A stretch of 64,000 nt of DNA from an uncultured Nitrospinota bacterium (GTDB lineage Bacteria > Tectomicrobia > Entotheonellia > J063 > CAVPRW01), in contig CAVPRW010000006.1 in the NCBI GenBank assembly GCA_963707985.1, positions 1 through 64,000 of the forward strand, in the 5' to 3' direction. Positions 9,865 through 20,867 of the stretch are shown piece by piece; the first letter of the stretch is position 1, and each line of letters begins with the position of its first letter. The position numbers and the translations under genes were made by a program. A model generated the notes under the pieces. The model did no database searches, was not told where the DNA came from, and was given only the letters and a program-made list of their open reading frames with translations.

Positions 9865-11733
9865 GCCGACCTGCAGCGCGTCGACGGCAAAACCACTCTG
9901 CTCTATAAGCTGGCCGAAGCCGCGGTGGAACAGCTTGAGGGCCTTGTCAAAGACGTCCTATTCCCGGTCGTGGGCGAACCCACCTTGAACGCGCTCGTCA
10001 GGGAATACCGCACCCAGGGCCCGGCCTACCGGCGCTCTGTTCATACCCGCCTGCGCCGCTCCTACAGTCATCACGACCGCCGTATGCTCCCGTTGATCCT
10101 GGAGGCGCTCACCTTCCGCTCCAACAATGCCGCGCACCGGCCTGTGATTGACGCCCTGGCCTTGCTGAACACCCATCGGGACAGCCGTAAGCCGTTCATC
10201 TCCTGCCTGGAGATCCCCATGGATGGCGTGGTCCGTCCCCAGCTTCAAGAGCTCTTGATCGAGACTGGCCCCGACGGCGACGACCGGAGCAACCGGATCA
10301 ACTATGAAGTCTGTACCCTGCAAGCATTACGGGAACAACTGCGGTGTAAGGAGATTCTGGGTCGAAGGGGCCAACCGGTATCGCAATCCCGATGACGATC
10401 TGCCCAAGGATTTCGACGAGCAACGGGCCATCTACTATGACGCCCTGGCGCTCCCGATGGACGCCGACACCTTTCTTGCGAAGGGACAGCACGAGATGCA
10501 AGAGGCCCTGCCCCAGTTCGACCAAGGCTTGCCGCGGAACCCGAAGGTGCGGCTGCGCGCCTACAGCGAGCATCGCATTGTGCTCACCCCGCTGGACGCG
10601 GAGCCGGCCCCCGCGCATCTGGAGCACATCAAGGCGGAAGTCCTACGGCGCTGGCCCATGACGGGACTGCTGGATATGCTCAAAGAAACCGATCTGCGTG
10701 TGGGGGTTACCGAGGCGTTCAAAGGCCTCAGGAGCCGCGAGACCCCCGACCGGCGCACGCTCCAGATGCGCCTGTTACGTGGCTTGTACGGGCTCGGCAC
10801 GAATACCGGGCTGAAGCGCATGGCCTCGAGCGAGGCGGGAGTCAGCTACCCGGAGTTGCTCTACGTGCGGCGGCGTTTTCTCCAGAAAGACGCTCTCCAA
10901 GACGCGATCCGGCGCGTGGTGAATGCGACCCTGACCGCCCAGCTGCCGGAGATCTGGGGAGAGGTCACCACGGCTTGCGCATCGGATGCGAAGCACTACG
11001 GGGTCTGGGCTCAGAACCTCATGACCGCGTATCACGCCCGCTATCGGAAGGCCGGGGTGACGATCTACTGACATACGGACAAGCGGGCGGCCTGCGTCTC
11101 TTCGCAGCTCAAGCGCTGCTCCGCTTCAGAGGTGGCGGCCATGATCCAGGGCGTGCTGCGCCACTGTACCGAGATGACCATTGAGCGCCAATATACTGAC
11201 TCGGCCGGGCAGAGCCATGTGGGGGTTGCCCTGTGCACCCTGCTCGGGTTCGAGCTAATGCCGCGGCTCAAAGCCATCGCCGCGCAAAAGTTGTATCGTT
11301 CCGTCGCCGGTCACCCCGACGACTACCCCCGTCTGCAACCGATTCTCACGCGTCCCGTGGACTGGGATCTGATCCGTCAGCACTACGACGAGATGATCAA
11401 GTACGCGACGGCCTGAACGTGGTCGAGAACTGGAACAGCGCCAACGAGTGCATCTTCTACGGCAGAAGCGGCGAGATGCCCAGCCATCGCTTGGACGACC
11501 AAGAACTCACCATGCTCGCCTGGCATCTACTCCAGGCGTGTTGAGTCTATGTCAACACCCTGATGCTCCAGCAGGTTCTCACAGCACCCACCTGGTTGAC
11601 CGCGATGACCCCAGAGGACTTCCGGGCGCTGACGCCACTCATCTCCCACCACGTCAATCCTTACGGCATCTTTGAACTGGATCTGGACAAGCGCTTGGCG
11701 ATCGGACAGCCGACCGATGTCCTGGCCGCCTGA
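9865..11733 (+). pseudogene. Tn3-family transposase (TnpA), 5'-truncated, with frameshifts, stops and an internal deletion
   Basis: [92 protein letters not shown]. Confidence 0.92.
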
Positions 11734-11842
11734 CTTGGCCGAGAACGACTGTTTTCGGCAATCTACGCGTCCCATCTCGAGGTCACCAGGCGCGCTCGCA
11801 GCGGAGGAGACGTAATGCGCCACCCGTCATTTTCGGCCAAGT
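11733..11842. promoter_or_regulatory. candidate tyrosine-recombinase site / inverted repeats
   Basis: TTGGCCGAGAA-CGACTG-TTTTCGGCAA (11735-11761, arms with a 6-bp spacer); 11733-11749 and 11826-11842 form an IR at 15/17. Confidence 0.5.
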
Positions 11843-12367
11843 TGCCACCGACGAAACCCAAGAATACCGATCGGCGCGGCCCGTCAGGTCGACCGGCACG
11901 GCGACCGTGATGCCACGCTGATCTTGCTCATGTACCGGCATGGGTTGCGCGTGGCAGAGGCCAGCCGCTTACGCTGGGAGCACATCGATGTGCATGCGGC
12001 GCTGCTCCATGTGCGGCGGCTCAAGCATGGGGTCTCGTCGGTGCATCCCCTGCATGGTCCAGAGTTGCAGGCGTTGCGACGGCTCGAAACCGCGGAGGTT
12101 GGTGGGGCGGACGTATTCCTCTCGGAGCGCGCAGCGCCGCTCACGGGGCGGACGATCCACCACGTGGTCAGCCGGGCGGGCGCAGCTGCCGCCTTGCCCT
12201 TTCCGGTCCATCCGCCTATGTTGCGGCACGCCTGCGGCTTTTACTTGGCCAACAGGAACACCGCTACGCGTGCCATTCAACATTACCTAGGGCATCGCCA
12301 TATTCAGCATACGGTCCGGTACACGGAACTCGCGCCACAGCGCTTTCAGGACTTCTGGGACGATTGA
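11815..12367 (+). pseudogene. FimB/FimE-like tyrosine recombinase with a small N-terminal deletion/frameshift
   Basis: GGAGGAG RBS and ATG 11815; RHGDRDATLILLMYRHGLRVAE, RRLKHG, HPPMLRHACG, IQHYLGHRHIQHTVRYT. Confidence 0.85.
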
Positions 12368-12603
12368 TGGGGGCCTCTTGCTCAAGCGTCACGGTTGATA
12401 TAGCCTCCTATGACAGCTTCGCTATGTTTGGGCCATGTGAGTGACGGCCTTGCGGTAGAAGGCCTCGGTAAAATATCCACGGGTGCGGCACAGGGCGACA
12501 TACTCCTGAATCGTGCCCCAGCGTCAAGCACACTCACGCTACCAACCATTTGTCCATCTATACCACAGTCTTGCGCAGATGACCAAGATTCGCCTGCTCC
12601 CGA

Positions 12604-13041
12604 TCACAGGTTTGCCTTGGCATAGTCGGCCGTGAGCCAGCGCTCCGGCCGCATGCGGATCAGAATGCTCTCGGCGTACACCTCACGTGTCTGCTCGATG
12701 AAGCGATCACCCTCCTCCGCGCCAAGGTAGCGGCGGGCCACGGGACGCACGTCACGCTCCACGTCTACCGCCTCGATGGCGGTGATGGGACCTTCGACGC
12801 TGACGTACCGATACGGCGGGGTCTCCGTCTGCACACAGAGGCTGAACCGACCCGCGCGTGCGAGCAGGCGCCCCTTGTGTGAGTGCTTTCCGGTGGCGAC
12901 TCGCAACTCCCCTCCCGGCTCATACACGTACCAGATCGGAACCGTCAGCGGCCCCCGACCGTCCTCGGCGATGCTGATGATCCCGACATGCACATCGGCC
13001 AAAAACGCCTCGCGCTCCGGCCTGGTCATCGTCACTGCCAT
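12604..13041 (-). CDS. pyridoxamine 5'-phosphate oxidase-like (PPOX class, split-barrel) protein
   Basis: 145 aa; EREAFLA..HVGIISI..GRGPLTVPIWY, SLCVQ.E.PPYRYVSVEG, RPERWLTADY. Confidence 0.85.
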   Translation of the reverse strand: MAVTMTRPEREAFLADVHVGIISIAEDGRGPLTVPIWYVYEPGGELRVATGKHSHKGRLLARAGRFSLCVQTETPPYRYVSVEGPITAIEAVDVERDVRPVARRYLGAEEGDRFIEQTREVYAESILIRMRPERWLTADYAKANL

Positions 13042-13152
13042 GCGCTCCTCCTTCCCGGCATGTCGTCCACCATGAATGACGTCATCGAAGTATACTCTGA
13101 TCAAGAAGGCCCATCGAGGGCGTCCGAAATCAACACCGCGCTCCAGGGTTGG

Positions 13153-13374
13153 CTAATACCACCGCATCTCATACAGTGCCGCTTCCGCCTCGCGGCGGCG
13201 TTCCAAGCCTTTCAGCACCATACCCCCGGCCCGGTTCCAGCGCTTCATCTGAATCGGCACTTCCTCGTGCCGTGCGGCGTTGATCTTCTTCAGCATGGTG
13301 GAGTTTTTCAGTGCCCCTTCCCTCAGATTGTAGGTCCAGGATAGAATAGCATCAAACTGCCCCTGAAAGAGCGG
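13153..13374 (-). pseudogene. C-terminal half of a GH24 phage-type lysozyme
   Basis: manual translation PLFQGQFDAILSWTYNLREGALKNSTMLKKINA...MKRWNRAGGMVLKGLERRREAEAALY; not in the ORF track. Confidence 0.8.
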
Positions 13375-13480
13375 GCTTTTTCGGTGAAACGGAGAAAGTT
13401 TGGGCGCTAGAGCAGTCGCCTTGGGCGTTGGAGCCGCCGTAAGCCCTTGCGTGCATGGGCTTCCTCGACGTTGAAGGGGT

Positions 13481-14023
13481 TGTCTGTCCAGAAAACTTGA
13501 AGATGTTCACATATTTGACTTTTTCCTCTGATGCCCTCATGCTGGACCTCTATGCTTTCACGCATCCACAGTCCATCGTGATGAGGTTTCTGATCATGCC
13601 ACCCGTGATCTCTGCACTCTTGGCCTTCATGGCTGCGCTGTTCCGGTCACGCGTATCGCTGCACCTGGAACATCGTGCGTTGCGGCATCAGCTTGCCGTG
13701 TATCAACGCACAGTCCATCGTGTACACCTCCGTCCAACCGATCGTCTGCTCTGGAGGTGGCTGTCTCGCCTCTGGTCTGGCTGGCAAGGAGCCCTGGCGT
13801 TCGTCCAGCCCTGCACCGTGATGGCGTGGCAACGCCAGCGCTTGCGCGATCATTAGGAGGCGACTCAGCCAGCGTGGGACGCCTGGCCGTCCGCCAGCGG
13901 ATGGCTCAATCAGGCAAGTCCCAGAGGTGGGCGGGTTGCATCACCACTATGAGCGACGAGCGGCGTGATGACACGGGCGCGAACCTGCCGGTTTCTCGTG
14001 GTGATGAGTTTTCGAGACCTACA
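13481..14023 (+). mobile_element. internally deleted rve-type IS (TGT...ACA ends)
   Basis: imperfect IRs TGTCTGTCCAGAAAACT / AGTTTTCGAGACCTACA; transposase N-terminus (LRHQLAVYQR..DRLLW..LSRLW) joined to the C-terminus (PEVGGLHHHYERRAA). Confidence 0.65.
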
Positions 14024-14065
14024 CCCCACAACCGGATTATCTGCGGGCAAGATCGAAACGAAATC

Positions 14066-16847
14066 GGAAGACGGCTGTGTTTAAGCTTCTGAAGAAATCC
14101 CAAGAGCTGCGCTTGAGCTTCTTCACAGCTTGTTTGGACATGTAAGAGATGGGCGATCTGGTGAATCCAGCTGAAGAACATCACTAACTGCTCGTATTCC
14201 TTTTGGAATAGATTCAACACTGATAGCATGCGTGATAGTCTTTTGAGTAGGGCTGATGGATGGGCAGCCTTGACCCGTTCCACCGATGCCGCAATCAGCT
14301 GCAATTTCTGATACAGCTGCACTCCAGGCGGATCGAGAGGATACTTCCCATCGTCTCGCATGACCGTCCGAATGGCGAGGCTATAGTCCGCTGCTAGCTG
14401 CGCTTCTTTGGTGGGCGATTGCTCCGCTTGTCGCTCAATGTCTCTGATCCCACGGAGCTTCTGTTTCAGCTCTTTCTTGACATGACGGTCCGCTTCACAG
14501 ACCGGTTGTGCGACATTTTTCAAATCATGAAACTGACAAATCTGATGCGGCACTGTTGGCAATTTATGCTGCATAGCTCAACAAATCGACTCTTGCTGAT
14601 CACTCATCACACCCACGATCGGGAGTCCTACACTGAGCACTTCGTCAATCAATCGCTCAATTTCACTGGTGGCACTGGATAGAAGCGTCTTGGCCACTCA
14701 GACGCGTCCTGAACATACATCTCGCAAAATATAGAGTGTGTCATGGCTTTTTTCCGGTTGTACGCCATCCATACGTGTCTACTTAAGCCAGAGGCCCGGT
14801 CATCACAGGCCAGCGGTACTTGACTCTTGAGCTGCCGCATGCTCTACTCGCCCTCCGCAGAGGCATCGGAGAACCGGACATGACGGAACAGCGCGGAGGG
14901 AGAGGCCATGACAGGTGACGAGGTGCGCCAGGTCTTCGAGGCGATGCTGCCGCAGGACGAGATTGACCGCTTGTGCCAGCAGTGCGGGGTGATCGAGCGA
15001 CAGCGCAAACTGGACCTCGGGATGTTGGTGCGGGCCATGGTCATTTCGGCGGGGACGCCAGGCGGCGCCTATCAGGCAGACGTCTTGCGCGCCTACCTGG
15101 AGTGTGAGGTGCCACGGGTCACGCGCGCGGCGTTCTATCGGTGGTTCGACGCGCCCCTCGAACCGTGCATGGCGGCGCTGGCGGAGCGTGCCCTGGCGTA
15201 TGCACGGGCGCAGGAGGTCGATCTGCCAGGACCGCTCGAGCGGGGTGAAGGACTGGTACATCGTGGATTCCACGACGGTGACGGTCCGCGACGCGCTGAT
15301 CGAGGACGTTCCGGGGACTGGCGACTGACGCGGCGATCAACGTCCATACAGTCCTCTCCGTCGGCTGCGGTGCCCCAGTGCGCGTACCATTGCAGCCCGG
15401 CCCGGGAGCATGACCGCCGGCATCTGACGATCGACGAGTCCTGGCGGGGCTGTGGCCTGCTGGCCGATCTTGGCTATGCCGGTCTGGCGCGTCTCCGGGC
15501 GTGCGAAGCGCATGATGTGCGCTTCGTGCTCCGCCTCAAGGACACACTGGAAACCCAAGGTAGACTATATCGCCCGTGGGCAGGTCACCCAGGAGTTCTT
15601 CCCCGGCACGGACCTCGATGCCCTCATCGAGGCGGAGATCCTCGTCCTCGATGGCCGGGCCATTGATGCCGACGTCCATATGGGCGGGGCGAAGCAGCCC
15701 GCTTCATCTCCGACTCGTCGGCGTCCAGACCCCGAAGGGCTACGGCTTTTTCCTCACGAACCTGCCCCCCCGGCTCGGCCCGCTGCAGGTCGCCGACCTC
15801 TACCGCGTGCGCTGGGAGGTCGAACTCAGCATCCGGCTCGACAAGTCGGTGAACCGCCTCGACGAAGTCGACACCGAGCAGCCTTGTTCCCTGAAGACGC
15901 TCCTGTATGCCTCGCTCATGGCCTCGACCATCGCTGCCCTCCTGGCGCACACGCATCACCTCAAGACGCGTCCGCCACAGGCCGGAGCGCCTCGGACAGA
16001 GGCGCCGCTCCACCCGCGGCGCCTCGCCTTGCAGCTGGCCGTGTCCTGTCAGTCCATTGCCGAGGCGTGCCAGCTGAAGGGAGTCGTGGCCAAGCGCCGG
16101 TGGGAGAAGATCGCTGCGTTGCTCACCCATTCCGGCAAAGACCCTAACTGGCGCCGTCGACCGTCGGTCCTCGATCAATTACGAGGCTGGAAGCGGCAGC
16201 CCGTGGTTCGAAAGAAAACCAATCACCGTAATTTGAAGGCGGCGGCTTAAGTAGACACATATGGTACGCCATCAATGGCCAGGACTATACGGCCCACCTT
16301 GCTCAACTGCTCGATCAGTTCTTGATCTTGACGGGCTACCGTGGTCACCAACGCGAGAAAAACCTCGCACCGCAAGGCGACCTCTTTGATACAGATCGAG
16401 AGGTGTGATTCGGTTTGGAGCTGACTTCTCATCCTGGTGATCGATAAGTTATGGTCGTATCGCAGCTCACCAATACGTACCACCACATCCATTCCAAACG
16501 TGTAGCCACGCAAAGCTAGTGTGTCTTCCTGGTACGGCCGGTAGACAGCTCCTTGTCGTTCACAATCTGGATGACTGCATTCCAGGAAGTGGCTCATCAC
16601 TTTGACGTCCTGGTCGAGTCGAATAATCCATCGCTGCTTATGGTATCGCTCTGTCAATGCCTCATGACATGCAGGACATTCTTGCAGTGGAGGATACAAG
16701 TCCACCTGCTGACTTTCACGTCGGGCCCGAGGTGTCCTCATGAGGTCTCTTCCTTTTTTGACCTCATGATACCATAACCGAGCAGCCCGTTGAATGATCC
16801 GTCTATGTACTTAGAATCAATCGGTTGAGTGAGTTTTACAACGGTAG
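14066..16847 (-). mobile_element. decayed DDE transposase element (Zn-finger + CxxH; IS256/MULE-like or unclassified), interrupted by IS4
   Basis: 16741-16264 (ECPAC...IVLAIDGV) continues at 14769 downward (DGVQPEKSHDTLYILRD...VMSD...HQICQFH); internal stops; 3' end truncated. Confidence 0.75.
14770..16263 (+). mobile_element. IS4-family insertion sequence with frameshifted transposase (14908-16250)
   Basis: 20-bp IRs CATACGTGTCTACTTAAGCC / GGCTTAAGTAGACACATATG (19/20); 10-bp target duplication GTACGCCATC at 14760-14769 and 16264-16273; IVDSTT, LADLGY, YRVRWEVEL..RLDK motifs. Confidence 0.92.
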
Positions 16848-16916
16848 TTTTTTTACACCTTCCTTATGCAGATCCTCCGTCTTTATACACCATCCTTATA
16901 TCCAGCCCGCTATGCT
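16848..16916 (+). promoter_or_regulatory. candidate KdpE/OmpR-family binding region and -10 box
   Basis: TTTTTTTACACC (16848-16859); direct repeats TTTACACCTTCCTTATG / TATACACCATCCTTATA; TATGCT at 16911. Confidence 0.4.
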
Positions 16917-17080
16917 ATTGCCCAGCATCAAGCGTTCGCATTACGAGACGGGGGTCACCCACGTAGGGAGCAGGTATGGTGCCCGAGAAGCCCTACCAAT
17001 GTCGGTGAACGGACGGAAATCTGGTCGATGGTGATACAACCCTACGGATCGCCGCGTCTGCCTCTGTCAGAGGTGAGCCT

Positions 17081-17431
17081 ATGGACGCCTACAAATGGCT
17101 AGGGGGGAATATGATTTGTTGCACTCGGCATCAGAGTGAGCCATGTGTTCTTGGTCGCAATGCGACTGACGCAGGAGATTGGGGCATGCCTTTACCTCGG
17201 AAGCCGGCCTGGTGGCAATTATATGCCCTCGTTCCCCTGATGGGGGGCCTGATGTTGGTGGCGTACCACGTCGCCCTGCCCCCCATGTGGCGTGAAGGCG
17301 TGCACGTCAGTATCCTGATCTTCATCTATGGGTTGGTATGGCGCTGGCTGCGGGCCAACATGTATGCGCTGATGAGTAGGCCAACACTGGACCATTATCG
17401 CTCTCACAACCCAACGGTCCTCGTCAATTAG
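17081..17431 (+). CDS. small hypothetical membrane protein (2 TM)
   Basis: PAWWQLYALVPLMGGLMLV and ILIFIYGLVWRWLRAN hydrophobic segments; start uncertain. Confidence 0.5.
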   Translation: MDAYKWLGGNMICCTRHQSEPCVLGRNATDAGDWGMPLPRKPAWWQLYALVPLMGGLMLVAYHVALPPMWREGVHVSILIFIYGLVWRWLRANMYALMSRPTLDHYRSHNPTVLVN

Positions 17432-17503
17432 ACCGCGCATCGCGTCCATAGAACTCTTGACGCTGTTCACAGGGTTCACCTATCCGCTCCGCTCAGAGGA
17501 GGC

Positions 17504-17914
17504 ATGAGAGAGGACGTCAGAGACATGTGCGATTTCGTCGAATTGGGGCCACTCAGGAACCGTATCTCGCAACGATTGCAAGCGCGACCTCAGGACGCCC
17601 CGATGGAGCAGCGACTGCTGGCGCAATTTGGTTCTCGCCCGGCGGTGGAGCATCTAGTCACCGAGCGTGTCTGCTACCTGGTGGCCGTACTCGCCATGGA
17701 TGGCGTACTAGAAATGCTCCTCGATGAAGATCCGCGGGGTTGGGAACGTCTAGAAAGCACCTTGGAAGCGGTGGCCGGCGTGTTCGCCGACGAGATTGTC
17801 CGTCTGCGAGTGCTCATACTACAGGCCTGCTGCCAGGAACAAAAGGAGGCGGATGTGCGAGCTTTGACAGCATGGCTGGTGGACACGTTTATCGTCGGTC
17901 AAGCGGACTGGTGA
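17504..17914 (+). CDS. hypothetical protein
   Basis: 136 aa, GAGGAGG RBS, helical composition. Confidence 0.55.
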   Translation: MREDVRDMCDFVELGPLRNRISQRLQARPQDAPMEQRLLAQFGSRPAVEHLVTERVCYLVAVLAMDGVLEMLLDEDPRGWERLESTLEAVAGVFADEIVRLRVLILQACCQEQKEADVRALTAWLVDTFIVGQADW

Positions 17915-18161
17915 GGCGACGACACGCCTAGCTATGCTGCTCGACACCCGCCTGGCCAAATGACAGCCTCCTGCGGAAGAGTCAAGATACCATCGTAACC
18001 GAATTCATCCTTCGGTTTTGAGGCGGCGTTGTGCCGTGACCGATCCAGGGACATTGACGCTGCAATCTTGAACACGGACGATCCAGCGTCGATCCGGTAG
18101 GCCCTCAGATGTGGTATACTCCTGAATGCATAACTGGCCTAACGAGTGGGAGTATATCACG

Positions 18162-20867
18162 ATGCCACATGGAACGCCTGATCCAGACCTTCGTCCTTCT
18201 CCTGAAGCTCTCCTCTCGGCCGCAGAGCAAGAGGGGCGCGGACGGCTGAAGATCTTTCTCGGCGCCGTGCCTGGGGTTGGCAAGACATATGCCATGCTCG
18301 AAGCTGCCCAGGTGCGCAAGCGCGAGGGCGTCGACGTCGTGGTTGGCGTCGTTGAGACCCATGGTCGGATCGAGACCGAGGCACTGCTTCACGATCTGGA
18401 AATCATCCCTCGCCGCAAAATCGAATATCGCAACCGAACGTTCGATGAGATGGACCTTGATGCCATCCTGGCGCGGCGGCCTCAACTGGTCCTGGTGGAT
18501 GAACTGGCGCATACCAACATTCCTGGCAGCCGCCACCCCAAGCGCTATCTCGATGTCGAAGAATTGCTCGCCGCCGGTATCGATGTGTATACCACGGTCA
18601 ATATCCAGCATCTGGAAAGTCTGAACGATACCGTCGCGCAGATCACTGGCACGCACGTGCGGGAGACCATTCCTGACCGGATCCTCGACTGCGCCGCTGA
18701 GATCGAGCTGGTTGACCTCTCACCTGATGAGCTGCTGCAACGCCTGCGTGAGGGCAAGGTCTATGTCCCCGAACAAGCCCAGCGAGCCATTCAGCGCTTT
18801 TTCAGGCTGGGTAACCTGACGGCGCTGCGGCAACTAGCCCTCCGTCGAACGGCGGAACGGGTGGACGAGCAGATGCAGACCTACATGCAAGCGCACGCCA
18901 TCCCTGGTCCGTGGCCAGCCGGGGAGCGTATTTTGGTATGCGTCAGCTCCAGTCCGCACTCGTCGCGCCTCGTCCGAGCGGCCCGACGCATGGCCGATCG
19001 CCGCCATGCCGAGTGGCTGGCCCTCTATGTCGAAACCCCACGCCATCACCGCCTCTCCGACGCTGACCGCGACCGAGTGGCCCAGACACTGCGCCTGGCC
19101 GAGCAATTGGGGGGCGAAGCCGTCACGATCCCAGGGCAGAACGTCTCCAAGGATCTGATCCGCTATGCACAATCTCGTAATGTGACCGAGGTGATCATCG
19201 GCAAGTCGCTACGGTCGCGCTGGAGCGAGCTGTGGCGCGGCTCCATCGTCCACGACCTGATCAGCAAGAGCGGCAACATCGAGGTACACGTCATCAATGA
19301 AGCGGATGAAGGCTCGCAACGGACGCCGACATCTCCCGTCTTGCAACCACCCGCCATCTATACCTATGTATTGAGTGCTGCGGCAGTGGGTGTTGCGGGG
19401 GTGACGGCAAAGATTCTGGAATCGTTTCTGCCACTGCCGAACCTTTCAATGGTCTTTCTGATCGCCGTGCTGTTCAGTGCCGTCACCTGGGGTCTCGGGC
19501 CGTCGATCCTTGCCTCCATCCTGAGCCTGCTCGTCTATGACTTCTTCTTTGTGTCGCCGATATTTACTTTTACCGTCGCCAACCCGCAAGACATTTTGGC
19601 GCTGGTCATCTTCCTCATCACCGCGGTCCTCACCAGTAATCTGGCGGCACGCGTGCGCTATCAGGCCGATGCCGCCCAACATCGCGAGGCCAGAACGGCT
19701 GCCCTGTATGCTCTGAGCCGTCAGATCGCCGGGGCAGCCGGGCTGACCGATGTGCTGCGGGCGATCGTGACGCAGGTGGCGCAAATTCTTGGGGCGAAAG
19801 TGGTGGTCCTGTTGCCGGAAGTAGACCAGCTCGTCCTTAAGGCTGGACACCCCGCCGACATGCAGCTCACCGCGGCTGAACGCGCTGCAGCAACATGGGC
19901 CTGGCAGCATAACCAGACGGCTGGTCGGGGTGCCGACACCCTACCCGGCGGTGAGTGGTTTTACCTGCCGCTCGGCACAGCCCAGGGCACGGTGGGGGTC
20001 CTCGGCCTGCAATTCGAGACACCGGAAGTAGTCATTTCTCCCGATCAGCGGCGGCTCCTGGAGGCGCTGGCAGGACAGGCTGCGGTGGCAATCGAGCGCA
20101 CACGGTTGGTCCGGGAGATGATGCGCGCCCGACTGCATACCGAGACCGAGCGTCTCCGTGATGCGTTATTATCGACGATCTCGCATGATTTGCGTACCCC
20201 TCTGGTGTCCATCATCGGTGCCGTCAGTAGCCTGTTGACGCATGGGGCAACCTATGATGAAAACGCCCGCCAGGACCTCCTCTTGACTATTCAGGAAGAG
20301 GCCGAACGACTCAACCGCTTCGTCGGCAATCTCCTTGATATGACGCGGCTGGAGTCCGGGGCCATGGAGGTCAAGCGCGAATGGGTCGACATCGGCGACG
20401 TCATCGGTACCGCCCTGTCTCGACTTGCCCGATCACTCGGCCAGCATGAGCTCGTCGTTCAGGTCGATCCGGATCTGCCCATGCTTCGCCTGGATTTTGT
20501 GCTCATCGAGCATGTCCTGGTCAATCTGCTGGAGAATGCCGCCAAATATTCCCCGCCGCAGACTAAAATTCACGTTACAGCTCGGCACGATGGGCAATCG
20601 ATGATCCTTGAGGTCGCTGATGAGGGGATAGGTATCCCTGCCAGCGAGCGCGAGCGCATTTTCGACAAGTTTTATCGTGTCCAGCGAGGTGATCGACAGG
20701 GGGCTGGCACGGGGCTAGGGCTATCGATTTGCAAGGGTATTGTCGAAGCCCATGGCGGGCACATCACTGGCGAGAAGCCCAGTGCATGGGAAAGGAGCGA
20801 TCTTTACGGTGACGTTCCCACTCGAGAAAGAATTGCCAACCGTGCGGAGACGATAGGTGCCGTGTGA
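18162..20867 (+). CDS. kdpD: osmosensitive K+ sensor histidine kinase KdpD (C-terminal frameshift near 20770 likely)
   Basis: GRLKIFLGAVPGVGKTYAML, VDELAHTN..GSRHPKRY.DVEELL, Usp domain, 4 TM, GAF, SHDLRTPL, GTGLGLSIC. Confidence 0.97.
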   Translation: MPHGTPDPDLRPSPEALLSAAEQEGRGRLKIFLGAVPGVGKTYAMLEAAQVRKREGVDVVVGVVETHGRIETEALLHDLEIIPRRKIEYRNRTFDEMDLDAILARRPQLVLVDELAHTNIPGSRHPKRYLDVEELLAAGIDVYTTVNIQHLESLNDTVAQITGTHVRETIPDRILDCAAEIELVDLSPDELLQRLREGKVYVPEQAQRAIQRFFRLGNLTALRQLALRRTAERVDEQMQTYMQAHAIPGPWPAGERILVCVSSSPHSSRLVRAARRMADRRHAEWLALYVETPRHHRLSDADRDRVAQTLRLAEQLGGEAVTIPGQNVSKDLIRYAQSRNVTEVIIGKSLRSRWSELWRGSIVHDLISKSGNIEVHVINEADEGSQRTPTSPVLQPPAIYTYVLSAAAVGVAGVTAKILESFLPLPNLSMVFLIAVLFSAVTWGLGPSILASILSLLVYDFFFVSPIFTFTVANPQDILALVIFLITAVLTSNLAARVRYQADAAQHREARTAALYALSRQIAGAAGLTDVLRAIVTQVAQILGAKVVVLLPEVDQLVLKAGHPADMQLTAAERAAATWAWQHNQTAGRGADTLPGGEWFYLPLGTAQGTVGVLGLQFETPEVVISPDQRRLLEALAGQAAVAIERTRLVREMMRARLHTETERLRDALLSTISHDLRTPLVSIIGAVSSLLTHGATYDENARQDLLLTIQEEAERLNRFVGNLLDMTRLESGAMEVKREWVDIGDVIGTALSRLARSLGQHELVVQVDPDLPMLRLDFVLIEHVLVNLLENAAKYSPPQTKIHVTARHDGQSMILEVADEGIGIPASERERIFDKFYRVQRGDRQGAGTGLGLSICKGIVEAHGGHITGEKPSAWERSDLYGDVPTRERIANRAETIGAV

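Noticed and set aside
11815..12367. Tyrosine recombinase as the integron integrase for the attC sites
   Set aside because: Short FimB-like catalytic domain lacking the IntI-specific insertion; 17 kb from the attC sites
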